A DNA stretch of 64,000 bases from an uncultured delta proteobacterium. GTDB lineage: Bacteria; Myxococcota_A; Polyangia; Fen-1088. The notes under the pieces were generated by a model. That model searched no databases. It was not told the origin of the DNA and worked only from the letters and a program-made list of their open reading frames with translations. The DNA lies in the NCBI GenBank assembly GCA_963767925.1, contig CAVYGB010000009.1, positions 64,001 through 128,000 on the forward strand. The letters are read 5' to 3'. Each line of letters opens with the position of its first letter. Position 1 is the first letter of the stretch. This document shows, one piece after another, positions 36,321 to 45,831 of this stretch. Position numbers and translations under genes: made by a program.

Positions 36321-39233
36321 TCAGCGGGCGGGGGCCAGGCCCACCTTGCCGGGTGGCTCGGGCTTGGCGGTGGTGGACGGCTCCAGCACGCCGATCAGCA
36401 GGCGGCCTTCGGCGAAGTGGCGGCGGGCGGCCTCCTGCATGCCGCGGGCGTCGAGGGTGTCGATGAGCTGCTTCTCCGCGAGGATGAGGCGCGGGTCGCT
36501 GCCGTAGCGGGCGTGTTCGCCCAGCCAGCCCAGCCACCAGCCGTTGTTGCGCAGGCCCTCTTCCAGGTCCCGGCGCTGGGCGACCCGCACCTTCTCGACG
36601 ATCTCCGGCGCGGGGCCCTGGCGCTTGATCGTCTCGAGCTCGGCCTTCACCGCGGCCAGCAGCTTGTCGACGTTCTCGGGCGCGCAGCCGAACCGGATCT
36701 CGCTGCGGTAGCGCTGGCGGGGCCGGCGGATGAGGTACCCGCTCGCCGACACCGAATAGGTGCCGCCCAGGTCCTCGCGCAGCGCCTCGCGCAGGCGGAT
36801 GGACAGCGCCTCGCTCAGGGAGGTCAGGCGGTGCTCGGCCTCGCGGGTCCAGCGCGTCGGCCCGCTGAAGGTCATCCGCACCTCGCTCTTGGGCTCCTCG
36901 CCGCGCTTGAGGGCGAACCGGTGGACTCCAGCGAGGGGGTGGAGGCCGATGTCGCGCAGGGCTTCCTTGCGGCCCTTGGCGGGCAAGGTGGCCAGGTATT
37001 GCTCCACCAGGGGGCGCAGCTTCTGCAGGTCGAGCCGGCCGACCAGCACGAAGGTGGCGTCGCCCAGATCGGCGAAGCGCTCGCGGTACACCCGCAACAT
37101 CGTGTCGAGGGAGAGGCGCTGGGCCAGGGCCGGATCGGGCGCCCGGCGCCGGAGGTGGTTGCGGTAATACACCTCCTGCCACTTGTCGGAGAAGGCGGCC
37201 TCCGGCTGGGCCAGCCGCCGGGTGAGCTGCTCGCCGAGTTGCTCGCGGAAGGCGGCGAACACGTCCTGGTCGCGGCGGGGCGCCGTGACCGTCAGGTGCA
37301 CCAGCGCAAACAGGGTCTCCAGATCATCGGGCGAGGCCTGGCCGCTCACCCCTTCTTCGACCTCGTTGAGGTAGGGCCCGGCCGCCACCACCTTGCCGGT
37401 CAGCGCCTTGCGCAGCTCGGTCGGGCCGAATTCGCCCAGGCCGCTCTGAGCGATCACGTCACCCGCGAAGTTGGCCGACTCGAAGTCCCGGTCGGGGACG
37501 CGCGAGTGGCCCCCGGGGCTCAGGCCGTGCAGCAGGACCTCGTCGTTGCGGAAGTCGGTCGACTTGAGCAGCACCCGGATGCCGTTGGACAGGCGCCACT
37601 CGGTCACCCCGATCTCCGGGATCTCCCGCTGCTTGACCACCTTGCCCGGCCGGGGCAGCTTCGAGATCAGGGTAGCGGCGCCGACCTTGTCGACGTAGGG
37701 GCCGATCTCGGCGGCGTCGGTGCGGGCCAGCAGGGCGCGCAGGTCGGCCGGGGCGGGGGTGGGGGCCGCCTCCGGCGCTTGCACCAGGATCACCCGGTTG
37801 CGTTCGGTGATCCATTCGGCCGCCACCCGGTTGATCTCGGCCAGCGTGATGGTGGGCAAGAACTCCCGGGTGAGCTCGAGCTCCCGGTCGGCGCCGGGCA
37901 TCGACTCGTCGGTGAGGTAGTTGCGCACCATCTCCTCGGCGTAGCCGGCCGATGGCACCTTGTCCTTCTCGCGCACCATCCGCTCGCGGTCGCGCAGGAC
38001 GGCCGCCTTCTCCCGCTCGAGCTCGGTGGCGGTGAAGCCGTGGCGGTCGATCCGCTCGACCTCGCGGGTCAGCGCCTCGAGGCCGCGGGTGATCCCCTCG
38101 GCCTTGGTGGCCGCCCCCTGAAAGAAGATGTCCTTGCTGCGCACGAAGGGCTGGGTCATCGAGGTGGCGCCCAGGAAGGGAGGATCGGGCACCCGGGTCA
38201 GCTCCTCGAGGCGGGCGTTCACCATGCGGTGGTAGATCCCCTCGACGGCGGCCCGGCGGTAGTCGCGCCGGGAGGTGAGCTTGCGGGGCGCCAGCTTGTA
38301 GAGGACGCCCACCGTGGTGCCGGTCAGCTCCTTGTCCTTGGCCACCGAGACCAGCGTGTCGGCGTGGTCGGGCACCGGGAAGGCGGGGCGGGGTGGGGCG
38401 CCGGCGGCGGGCGGCGCCAGCGGGCCGAAGTGCTTGCGCAGGTGGCCCTGGATGGTGGCGGGATCGAAGTCGCCCACCACCGCCACCGCCATCATATCCG
38501 GCCGGTACCAGCGCCGGTAAAAGCCCCGCAGGTCGTCGGCGCTGGCCTTCTCGAGCACCTCCTTCTTGCCGATGGGCAGGCGCTCGGCGTAGCGCGAGCC
38601 CTGGAACAGCACGGGGAAGAGCTGCTCGGTGATGCGCATCTGGGCCCCCAGCCCCAGCCGCCACTCCTCGATGACCACCCCCCGCTCGCGCTCCACCTCG
38701 GTCGGGTCGAAGGTGACGTCGCTGGCGATCTGCTGCAGCATCAGGAAAGACTTCTCTAAGATGGCGGCGTCGTCGGTCGGCACCTCGAAGCTGTAGACCG
38801 TCTCGTCGAAGCCGGTGTAGGCGTTGGCGTGCTGGCCGAAGCGCATCCCGGCCTTCTCGATGAAGTCGACGATCTCCTGCTTCTTGAACTGGCGGGTCCC
38901 GTTGAAGGCCATGTGCTCGACGAAGTGGGCCAGCCCCCGCTCGCGGTCCTGCTCCAGCACCGAGCCGGCGTTGACCACCAGCCGGAGCTGCGCGCGCTTC
39001 TGCGGCTCGCGGTGCACCCGCACGTAGGTGCGCAGCCCGTTGGGCAGGGTGATGACCTCGGTGCCCGCCTCGGTGGGCAGCGGCGGCTCGTCGGCCGCCA
39101 CCACCGCCCGCCCCAGCTCCACCGGCACCGCCACCTGCGCCGGGGCCTCCCCTGCCACCGGCGGCTTGGTGGCGCAGGAGAGCGAGCCCCCGAGCGCGAG
39201 GCAGGCGAGGACGCTCGCGCGGGCGAGGGCCAT
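36321..39233 (-). CDS. M16 family zinc protease (PqqL-like) lipoprotein
   Basis: LPNGL, GLAHFVEHMAFNGT (HxxEH), NAYTGFDETVY, ERGVVIEEWR, RLPIG, LREDLGGTYS. Confidence 0.93.
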   Translation of the reverse strand: MALARASVLACLALGGSLSCATKPPVAGEAPAQVAVPVELGRAVVAADEPPLPTEAGTEVITLPNGLRTYVRVHREPQKRAQLRLVVNAGSVLEQDRERGLAHFVEHMAFNGTRQFKKQEIVDFIEKAGMRFGQHANAYTGFDETVYSFEVPTDDAAILEKSFLMLQQIASDVTFDPTEVERERGVVIEEWRLGLGAQMRITEQLFPVLFQGSRYAERLPIGKKEVLEKASADDLRGFYRRWYRPDMMAVAVVGDFDPATIQGHLRKHFGPLAPPAAGAPPRPAFPVPDHADTLVSVAKDKELTGTTVGVLYKLAPRKLTSRRDYRRAAVEGIYHRMVNARLEELTRVPDPPFLGATSMTQPFVRSKDIFFQGAATKAEGITRGLEALTREVERIDRHGFTATELEREKAAVLRDRERMVREKDKVPSAGYAEEMVRNYLTDESMPGADRELELTREFLPTITLAEINRVAAEWITERNRVILVQAPEAAPTPAPADLRALLARTDAAEIGPYVDKVGAATLISKLPRPGKVVKQREIPEIGVTEWRLSNGIRVLLKSTDFRNDEVLLHGLSPGGHSRVPDRDFESANFAGDVIAQSGLGEFGPTELRKALTGKVVAAGPYLNEVEEGVSGQASPDDLETLFALVHLTVTAPRRDQDVFAAFREQLGEQLTRRLAQPEAAFSDKWQEVYYRNHLRRRAPDPALAQRLSLDTMLRVYRERFADLGDATFVLVGRLDLQKLRPLVEQYLATLPAKGRKEALRDIGLHPLAGVHRFALKRGEEPKSEVRMTFSGPTRWTREAEHRLTSLSEALSIRLREALREDLGGTYSVSASGYLIRRPRQRYRSEIRFGCAPENVDKLLAAVKAELETIKRQGPAPEIVEKVRVAQRRDLEEGLRNNGWWLGWLGEHARYGSDPRLILAEKQLIDTLDARGMQEAARRHFAEGRLLIGVLEPSTTAKPEPPGKVGLAPAR

Positions 39234-39408
39234 CGGGGAGAAGAGGACGAGACGGGGCGGCCGGGCGGAGGTGCGCATGGACCACCATGATGACGGCTCG
39301 TCCGGGCGAGGCCAAAGGGTTTTCCGGCCCCCGCCGGCGGTCGTCACGTTCTGCGACAGCCGGACCGCCGCGCACCCTTCGCTGGCGGCCGTCCGACGGC
39401 GCCCCGGT

Positions 39409-40776
39409 TCAGCCGATGACCCGCTTCTTCTGCCAGGTGCCGCGGGTGAAGTCGGGGAAGGGGACCGGGGCGCTGGACTGGGCGACCGAGGCGTCGGCGA
39501 GGGGGCCGGGGACGCTCCAGGTGGCGGCGTCGTAGACGTCCATGTCGGGGGCCAGGCCCTCGTGGAGGCACTGGATCAGGCGGTACAGCATCACGAAGTC
39601 CATGCCGCCGTGGCCGCCGCGCTGGCGGGCGATCTCGCCGGTCTTGCGCCAGAGGGGGTGCTCGTATTCGGCGGCGAGGGGCTCGATGTCCTGCCAGTCG
39701 TGGGCCGCCTCCTGGCCGTCGAAGAAGATGCGCGGGGGGTAGTCGCGGAAGGCGCCGCGGGTGCCGGAGACCATGTTGATGCGGTCGTAGGGGCGGGGGG
39801 AGACGACGTCGTGCTGCAGGACGATGGTGCGGCCGAGGGCGGTCCGGATCAGGCTGGTGTTCATGTCCCCGCACGTGTAGCTCTCGCGGCGGCGGGGGTC
39901 GTCGGCGGGGAGCTTGTCCCGGTGGATCTGCAGGCCGCGCGAGGCGCTGCTCATCGAGACCAGGCGCTCGAAGCGGTCGCCGCGGTTGATGTCCATGTAG
40001 CGGGCGACCGGGCCCAGGCCGTGGGTGGGGTAGAGGTTGCCGTTGCGGCGGGTGTGCCAGGCCCGGCGCCAGAGGCCTTCGCTCTCCCTGGCGAACAGGA
40101 TCTTGCGCAGGTCGTGGATGTAGGCCGCCTCGCCGTGCAGGATCTCGCCGAGCCGGCCGGCCCGCACGAGCTGCAGCACCAGCAGCTCGCTGCGGCCGTA
40201 GCAGCAGTTCTCCAGCATCACGCAGTGGCGGCGGGTGCGCTCGGAGGTGTCGACGAGGCGCCAGCACTCGGCCACCGTGACGGCGGCGGGGACCTCGACG
40301 GCGGCGTGGTGGCCGGCCTCCATCGCCGCCACCGCCATCGGCACATGCCACTCCCAGGGGGTGGCGATGACAACCAGGTCGAGGTCGTCGCGGCGGCACA
40401 GGTTCTCGTAGTCGCGCTCGCCGGCCGAGAAGATCGCCGGGGCGGGCTGGCCGGCCTTCTCGACGGCGGCGGCGGAGCGCGCGGCCTTCTCCCGGACCAC
40501 GTCGCAGACGGCCCGCACGGTCACGCCCTCGAGGCCGAGCAGCAGCTCGAGCAGGAAGTGCCCCCGCTCGCCGACGCCGATCACCCCCACCCGGACCGCA
40601 GGGGTGGCGGCGAAGCGCAGGGTGGCCACGCTCTCCCCGGCGGCGGGGGGCGCGCTCGCCCCGGCCGCGCCGGCGGGTCCCCGCACGGGCGCGCAGGCTG
40701 CGGGCAGGGCCATGCCAGCCGAGGCGAGCAGGGCGCGGCGGCGGGAATCGATCGGGTCGTCGGCGTCGTCGCTCAT
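39409..40776 (-). CDS. Tat-exported Gfo/Idh/MocA protein, GH109 alpha-N-acetylgalactosaminidase-like
   Basis: SRRRALL Tat motif; IATPWEWH, EVPAA, MLENCCY, GNLYPTHGLGP, GGHGGMD, PDFTRG. Confidence 0.9.
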   Translation of the reverse strand: MSDDADDPIDSRRRALLASAGMALPAACAPVRGPAGAAGASAPPAAGESVATLRFAATPAVRVGVIGVGERGHFLLELLLGLEGVTVRAVCDVVREKAARSAAAVEKAGQPAPAIFSAGERDYENLCRRDDLDLVVIATPWEWHVPMAVAAMEAGHHAAVEVPAAVTVAECWRLVDTSERTRRHCVMLENCCYGRSELLVLQLVRAGRLGEILHGEAAYIHDLRKILFARESEGLWRRAWHTRRNGNLYPTHGLGPVARYMDINRGDRFERLVSMSSASRGLQIHRDKLPADDPRRRESYTCGDMNTSLIRTALGRTIVLQHDVVSPRPYDRINMVSGTRGAFRDYPPRIFFDGQEAAHDWQDIEPLAAEYEHPLWRKTGEIARQRGGHGGMDFVMLYRLIQCLHEGLAPDMDVYDAATWSVPGPLADASVAQSSAPVPFPDFTRGTWQKKRVIG

Positions 40777-40927
40777 GTCTCCCCCTCAAGGCGCCCGCGG
40801 CCGCGCCCCGGGCCGGGCACGGGCGGGCGCTCGACAAAGGATAACAGGCCGCCGCGCCGGTGGGGGCTTCGCGCACGGGTCGGGGCACGCTATCCTGGGT
40901 GCGCGCGCTTCGCGTGTGAGGGGAACC

Positions 40928-42433
40928 ATGGGGTCGATGACATCCGTCCTGCTGGTGACGGCGCTGCTGGTGGCGCAGGGTCCCTTGCCGGCCACGCCGC
41001 CGGTGAAGGGGGCGCTGCTGGTCACGCCCCCGGTGAAGGGGGCGCTGCCGGTCACGCCGCCGGTCAAGGGGGCGCTGCCGGTCACGCCGCCGGTGAACAT
41101 CCCGGTCACGCCCGCCGGGCGGGCCTTCTCCAACTGGCTGACCGCCTTCAACAGCGGCGACCGGGGGAAGGTCGAGGCCATGATGAAGCAGTTCCGGGAG
41201 CCGCGGCCGGCCGACCGGGTGCTGGACTTTCGCCGCCAGACAGGGGGCTTCGAGCTGAAGAAGGTGCTCGAGTCGGGCCGCCTGCGGATCAACGTCCTCC
41301 TCCAGGAAGAGGGCGGCGATCAGATGGCGGAGGGGAAGATGGAGGTGGAGGACGTCGCCCCCCACCGGGTGACCCGCTGGGAGGTGCGGGCCGTCCCCCG
41401 GCCGTCCGAGTTCGCCCTCCCGCGCCTGACCGAGGCCGCCCTGCTGGAGGCCACCCGCGCGCGCCTGGACGAGCTGGCCGGCAAGGACGCCTTCTCGGGC
41501 GCGGTGCTCATCAGCCGCCAGGGCAAGCCGCTGCTGAGCGAGGTCCGCGGCTTCCAGAACCGGGAGAAGAAGGTCCCCAACCGCCTCGACACGCGCTTCA
41601 ACCTCGGCTCGATGAACAAGATGTTCACCGCGGTGGCGGTGGCCCAGCTCGCCCAGCAGGGCAAGCTCGCGTTCACCGACACCGTGGCCAAGCACCTGCC
41701 CGACTACCCCAACGCCGACCTGGCGAAGAAGGTGACGCTGCACCACCTGCTCAGCCACACCGGCGGGACCGGCGACATCTTCAGCCCCGAATACGAGGCC
41801 AACATCGCCAAGCTGAAGGCCCCCAGGGACTACATCGCCCTCTACGGCAAGCGGGCCGTCGAGTTCGAGCCCGGCTCGCGCTGGGCCTACAGCAACTACG
41901 GCATGGTGCTGGCGGGGGCCATCGTCGAGCGGGTCAGCGGCATGAGCTACTACGACTACGTCCGCAAGCACATCTACCAGCCCGCCGGCATGACCGGCTC
42001 GGACTCCTTCTGGAAGACCGGCAAGACCGCCAACCTGGCCAGGGGCTACAGCGACCGCCAGGGCCCCCCGCGCGAGAATGTACGCTTCCTGCCGCTGCGG
42101 GGCTCACCCGCGGGCGGCGGCTACTCGACCTGCGAGGATCTGGTCCGCTTCGCCACCGCGCTCACCGGCCACAAGCTGCTCGACGCCGCCCACACCACGC
42201 TCCTCACCAGCGGCAAGCCCGGCACGCCCGACAAGGGGTACGGCTATGGCTTCGCGATCGCGAACGACGGCGGCGTGCGCAGCTTCGGCCACGGCGGTGG
42301 CGCCCCCGGGATCAACGCCGACCTGAAGATCTTCCCCGACAGCGGCTACGTGGTCGCCGTGATGGGCAACCGGGATCCGCCCAACGCCTCCCGGCTGAGC
42401 GACTTCATCGCCGCCCGCCTCCCCGCCAAGTAG
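40928..42433 (+). CDS. Serine hydrolase (beta-lactamase/PBP-like family)
   Basis: F.LGSMNK (SxxK), LLSHTGG, YSN, GHGG..PG. Confidence 0.92.
   Translation: MGSMTSVLLVTALLVAQGPLPATPPVKGALLVTPPVKGALPVTPPVKGALPVTPPVNIPVTPAGRAFSNWLTAFNSGDRGKVEAMMKQFREPRPADRVLDFRRQTGGFELKKVLESGRLRINVLLQEEGGDQMAEGKMEVEDVAPHRVTRWEVRAVPRPSEFALPRLTEAALLEATRARLDELAGKDAFSGAVLISRQGKPLLSEVRGFQNREKKVPNRLDTRFNLGSMNKMFTAVAVAQLAQQGKLAFTDTVAKHLPDYPNADLAKKVTLHHLLSHTGGTGDIFSPEYEANIAKLKAPRDYIALYGKRAVEFEPGSRWAYSNYGMVLAGAIVERVSGMSYYDYVRKHIYQPAGMTGSDSFWKTGKTANLARGYSDRQGPPRENVRFLPLRGSPAGGGYSTCEDLVRFATALTGHKLLDAAHTTLLTSGKPGTPDKGYGYGFAIANDGGVRSFGHGGGAPGINADLKIFPDSGYVVAVMGNRDPPNASRLSDFIAARLPAK
40979..41098 (+). repeat. 30-bp coding tandem repeat x4 (GALPVTPPVK)
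   Basis: Four near-identical units ggggcgctgccggtcacgccgccggtgaag after the signal peptide. Confidence 0.9.
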
Positions 42434-42541
42434 GGGGGCGACGATTCCGTCCGCCCCGGCGTCATCTCAGGTCACGTTGGCAGATAGGGCGACGCGCTCA
42501 CGCGCGACCTGGGCGAGCCTGTCGAACCCAGAACGCCCCTT

Positions 42542-42712
42542 TTACGGACGACCAATCTCAATCGATGAAGCTCCCTCGACAACCTGCACAGGATCGCCCA
42601 CGGGTTCGAGGGTCGTGCCTGTTGCCTTGAACACGGCTACGGTTCCGTTCGCTTCGTTCACGGCGAGTAGCCACGGGCCTACTGGAGCCATCTTCGCAGC
42701 GACCGGATGACG
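42542..42712 (-). pseudogene. 3' remnant of a probable beta-propeller (lactonase-like) gene
   Basis: P..G.WLLAVNEANGTVAVF...G.LEPVG.PV; lower GC; no start codon, abuts the repeat hairpin. Confidence 0.4.
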
Positions 42713-42895
42713 TAGGTGCTCGTGGGCGTGTTCGAGCCCGTGTTCGTGTTCGAGTTCGTGTGGGGCGAGCGTTGAGCGGCCAGGCGGCTCTCGGTGCGCG
42801 TAAATCACGCGAGCCGAGGCCCGCGGGCCGAACACGCTCACCACACACGGACACGAACTCGAACACGGTGCTCGCACACGAGCACGACCACGACA
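42712..42895. repeat. Long inverted repeat built from hexamer units (CGTGTT/CGAGTT vs AACACG/AACTCG)
   Basis: Perfect 17-bp arms at 42745-42761 and 42851-42867, with imperfect extensions and an inner hairpin near 42790-42818. Confidence 0.85.
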
Positions 42896-42908
42896 GCCGC
42901 GGCAGTCA

Positions 42909-43283
42909 TCAGGGTTGGTGGCGGTGCATGCCGGCGAGCCGAGTGAGCATCGCGCACAGCCGGTCGAGCAGAGACGTCACCGCTTCGATCTCGGTATCGG
43001 GAGCAAGTCCCAGGATTGCAACCGCCTCCAAGGCGGCTGCCGCCTCGGACGCTTCGCCTCTGGCGGTGCGGAACCGTGAGATCCTGTCGGCGCCCGTTCG
43101 GCTGGATGCCTCGGCGATGCCCAGGTATGCCGACAACAGCGCGCGCCGAAGCTGGTCCTGCAACGTCGCATACCCGCGTGGCATTCTCCGCGACGCAAGA
43201 GCGTCGCCCAAGCGCAGAGCATCGCGGGCCACGCAGAAAGCGTCGAGCCGATGATGGTCAAAGGTGCGGGGCCCCGGCGACAT
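42909..43283 (-). CDS. Four-helix-bundle protein (23S rRNA IVP / bAvd-like family)
   Basis: FDHHRLDAF, L.DQLRRA.LS..L.IAE, F..ARGEA.E..AAL, L.RL.AML.RL. Confidence 0.88.
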   Translation of the reverse strand: MSPGPRTFDHHRLDAFCVARDALRLGDALASRRMPRGYATLQDQLRRALLSAYLGIAEASSRTGADRISRFRTARGEASEAAAALEAVAILGLAPDTEIEAVTSLLDRLCAMLTRLAGMHRHQP

Positions 43284-43488
43284 GACCAGGTTATCGGCGG
43301 CGGTTGGGGCTTGGTTGCGCCCGACCAGGCCAGCGACCTGGGCAATGGCTGGGTGACCCAGAGGATCGATCCGCAGTCGATCGTCTCGAAGCTCGGCTCG
43401 ACCTCCGACCCGCCCGAGCCGAAGCCGAGTGGCGAGCCGGAGCTGGCCGGCGTCGTCGGACAGGAACGTGAGACGTGCAGGATCTGGC

Positions 43489-44994
43489 TCAGCGCCGGCG
43501 TCGGCGGGCGGCGATCGCGAGGAGACCAAGCAGCGCCACCAGCCCGGACGGTCGGGGTGTCGCCCTGCCCGCCGCCAGTGTGCAGCCGCCGGCCTCCGGC
43601 TCGGCTGCGCCGGGTGGGACTGCGGGGGGCGGGGTGGCGGCGCGGCAGGTTTCGATCTCGCTGTCGTCTCCCACGCACAGGCTGACCCGGGTGGACGCGC
43701 CGGCCAGGGCGCCGTTGCTCAGCACCACGATCAGCTCGCTGTCCGGCTCGAAGGGACCGTCGATGGTCACCTCGCGCGGGTCGCGCCCGGCCACCGACCA
43801 GGCGCCGGCCCGGCGGGCGAGCACCGCCAGCTCGAGCGGGCCCTCGCCCTGGGCGGAGGTCACCGCGGCCCGCAGGCGCGGGCGCCCGCCGATCGGGACG
43901 GAATAGGTCCGCGCGCTGGCGGGGAATACCCGCAGCCCGGTCTGGGTCAGCGGCAGGGTCCGCTTCTCCACCGCCATCTGCGGGTAGCGGCTGGCCTCCT
44001 GGTAGCCCCCCGCGCCGGCGCGGACCCCGGTCCGGACGTTGGCCAGCGCGAAGTCGGCGAACACGGCGGCGAAGGTGGTGGCGTGGCGCTCCTGCAGCAG
44101 CTCGGCCAGAGCGGCCATCCAGCGGGGGGTGGCGCTCGCGGGCCGTGCGGCGGCGCTCCGTTCCAGCAGGGCCGGCACGATGGCGTTGCCCAGCCGCTCC
44201 GAAAGAAACCGGAAGAAGAGGCCCGCCCCGTAGCTGAAGGGCGAGCTCGGCCCCGAGGGGGGCACCGAGAGGGGCTGATCGGTGGCGTCGAGGTAGCCGG
44301 GCAGGGCGCGCTCGAAGTCGGTCAGGCTGGGATCGAAGGCCTCGGTGGCCCAGGTGGCCGTCCCCTCCCACAACACGCCGTGGTCCTCGGCCCCCAGGGC
44401 GGCCTGGATGGCGTGGAACAGCTCGTGGCTGCCGACCGTGCGCAGCGCCGCCACCGGCGAGCCGTAGCGGTACCCGGCGAAGTCGTTCTCCACCAGCAAC
44501 ATCCCCTGGCAGACCCGCGAGGGGGCGGGCCGGCAGTTCTCGTCGAGGAACTGGCCGTCGCCCCGGCCGGCGAAGTCGAGCAGGAAGACGTCGAGCGGGC
44601 CGGCCGGCCCCTCGAGGCTGGCCAGCGGCGGCGGCAGGCCGAGCTCCTCGCGGTAGAACTTCAGCGCCCCATCCAGGGCCAGGCCGACCTCCTCGACCCA
44701 GTCGGGGATGCCGTCGCCGTCGAAGTCGCCGGGGGGGATGCCGTTGCGCCCCCCGACCGAGTAGTGGATGGCGAAGTCGCCCGGCCCCGTCATCCAGCGC
44801 AGGACGGTCTCGCCCCCCTCGTAGCGGGGGAACATCGGCAGCCGCTCCTGCCAGCCTTCGACGGCCAGGGCCTGCGCCCGCGGCAGCGCCTGCGAATGAC
44901 GCTCGGGGACCTCCGGGACGCCCTCCGGCACGCCCTCCGGCCCCTGGCAGGCGACCGCCAGGGCGACCAGCGCCGCCGAGACCCCGAGCCGCAT
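43489..44994 (-). CDS. Zinc metalloprotease lipoprotein (MXAN_6640-like) with MYXO-CTERM sorting signal
   Basis: LAVAC lipobox; D.DGDGIPD.V; ENDF; HELFH..Q, EGTATW; C-terminal GGC...LLGLLAIAARRRRR. Confidence 0.85.
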   Translation of the reverse strand: MRLGVSAALVALAVACQGPEGVPEGVPEVPERHSQALPRAQALAVEGWQERLPMFPRYEGGETVLRWMTGPGDFAIHYSVGGRNGIPPGDFDGDGIPDWVEEVGLALDGALKFYREELGLPPPLASLEGPAGPLDVFLLDFAGRGDGQFLDENCRPAPSRVCQGMLLVENDFAGYRYGSPVAALRTVGSHELFHAIQAALGAEDHGVLWEGTATWATEAFDPSLTDFERALPGYLDATDQPLSVPPSGPSSPFSYGAGLFFRFLSERLGNAIVPALLERSAAARPASATPRWMAALAELLQERHATTFAAVFADFALANVRTGVRAGAGGYQEASRYPQMAVEKRTLPLTQTGLRVFPASARTYSVPIGGRPRLRAAVTSAQGEGPLELAVLARRAGAWSVAGRDPREVTIDGPFEPDSELIVVLSNGALAGASTRVSLCVGDDSEIETCRAATPPPAVPPGAAEPEAGGCTLAAGRATPRPSGLVALLGLLAIAARRRRR

Positions 44995-45002
44995 GTTCGG
45001 GC

Positions 45003-45821
45003 TCAGCCGGCCGGCGGGGCGAGGAACTTCCAGCGGATCGTCATCTGCCCGGCGCCGCTGGGTCCCCCCGGCAGGCGGCCCTCCAGGTTGCAGTAGTCCT
45101 GCGCGGTCTTCGAGTAATAGGTGGTCACCTTCATCGCCACGTAACGTCCGCTGGCCAGGCGGATGACGTAGTTCTCGCCGGTCATGGCCAGGCAGGCCTC
45201 GTAGCTGAAGTAGCCGGAGATGGCCGTGAGGGGCCCCCCCATCGGATCGGTGTTGTCGGAGGGGGCGCAGCTCGGCTCCTCGAAGTAGAGGTCGGTGTCG
45301 TACTCCAGGCCGGTGGGGACCTGCTGCAAGCTGTTCAGGGGCGCGTCCCCCGCCACCGCCGCGTCGACGCAGGAAGGGCCGGAGGCGCCGCCGTTGACCC
45401 GGATCAGGTAGCGGCGGAAGGCGAGGTCCCAGCCCATCGACTCGAAGGCCCCCTCGTCGCCGATGGCCACCTTCTCGAGCCCGTCTTCGGCGAAGCGGAC
45501 GTAGACGTAAGAGAGCGAGGGCGGCAGGCCACCGCCGGTGGCGTCGATCTTGCTCTCGAAGACCCCGTCCACCGTGGTGGTCGTGACAACCGCCGGGCTG
45601 GGCTCGGTGAGCAGCCGCAGGCTGGCGATCGCCTGATCCACGCAGCCGACCGTGCGGGCCGCGAGGCAACGCGGCTCTCCCGCCGCGGGCAAGGGCGGCG
45701 GCGACTCCCCGCCCTCGCAGGAGAGGCCGCCTCCCAGAATTGCGAGAGGGACGGCGAAGGTGACGACGAGGCGGGAGGTGCGGGTCAGGAAGGACCGGTG
45801 GCTGGCGCGTGCTGATGGCAT
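45003..45821 (-). CDS. HmuY family heme-binding lipoprotein
   Basis: GLSC lipobox; IDAT.GG, WDLAFRRY.IRVNGG.SG, YVIRLASGRYV, YY, C-terminal IRW. Confidence 0.8.
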   Translation of the reverse strand: MPSARASHRSFLTRTSRLVVTFAVPLAILGGGLSCEGGESPPPLPAAGEPRCLAARTVGCVDQAIASLRLLTEPSPAVVTTTTVDGVFESKIDATGGGLPPSLSYVYVRFAEDGLEKVAIGDEGAFESMGWDLAFRRYLIRVNGGASGPSCVDAAVAGDAPLNSLQQVPTGLEYDTDLYFEEPSCAPSDNTDPMGGPLTAISGYFSYEACLAMTGENYVIRLASGRYVAMKVTTYYSKTAQDYCNLEGRLPGGPSGAGQMTIRWKFLAPPAG

Positions 45822-45831
45822 GTGATTCCCC

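Noticed and set aside
40928..42433. Bona fide beta-lactam resistance gene
   Set aside because: SxxK/YSN/HGG serine hydrolases are mostly peptidases or esterases; the substrate cannot be inferred from sequence.
42712..42895. Possible CRISPR array
   Set aside because: Units are contiguous degenerate hexamers with no unique spacers, and no cas genes are present.
42909..43283. Diversity-generating retroelement (Avd-like gene)
   Set aside because: No reverse transcriptase and no template/variable repeat pair were seen in the window.
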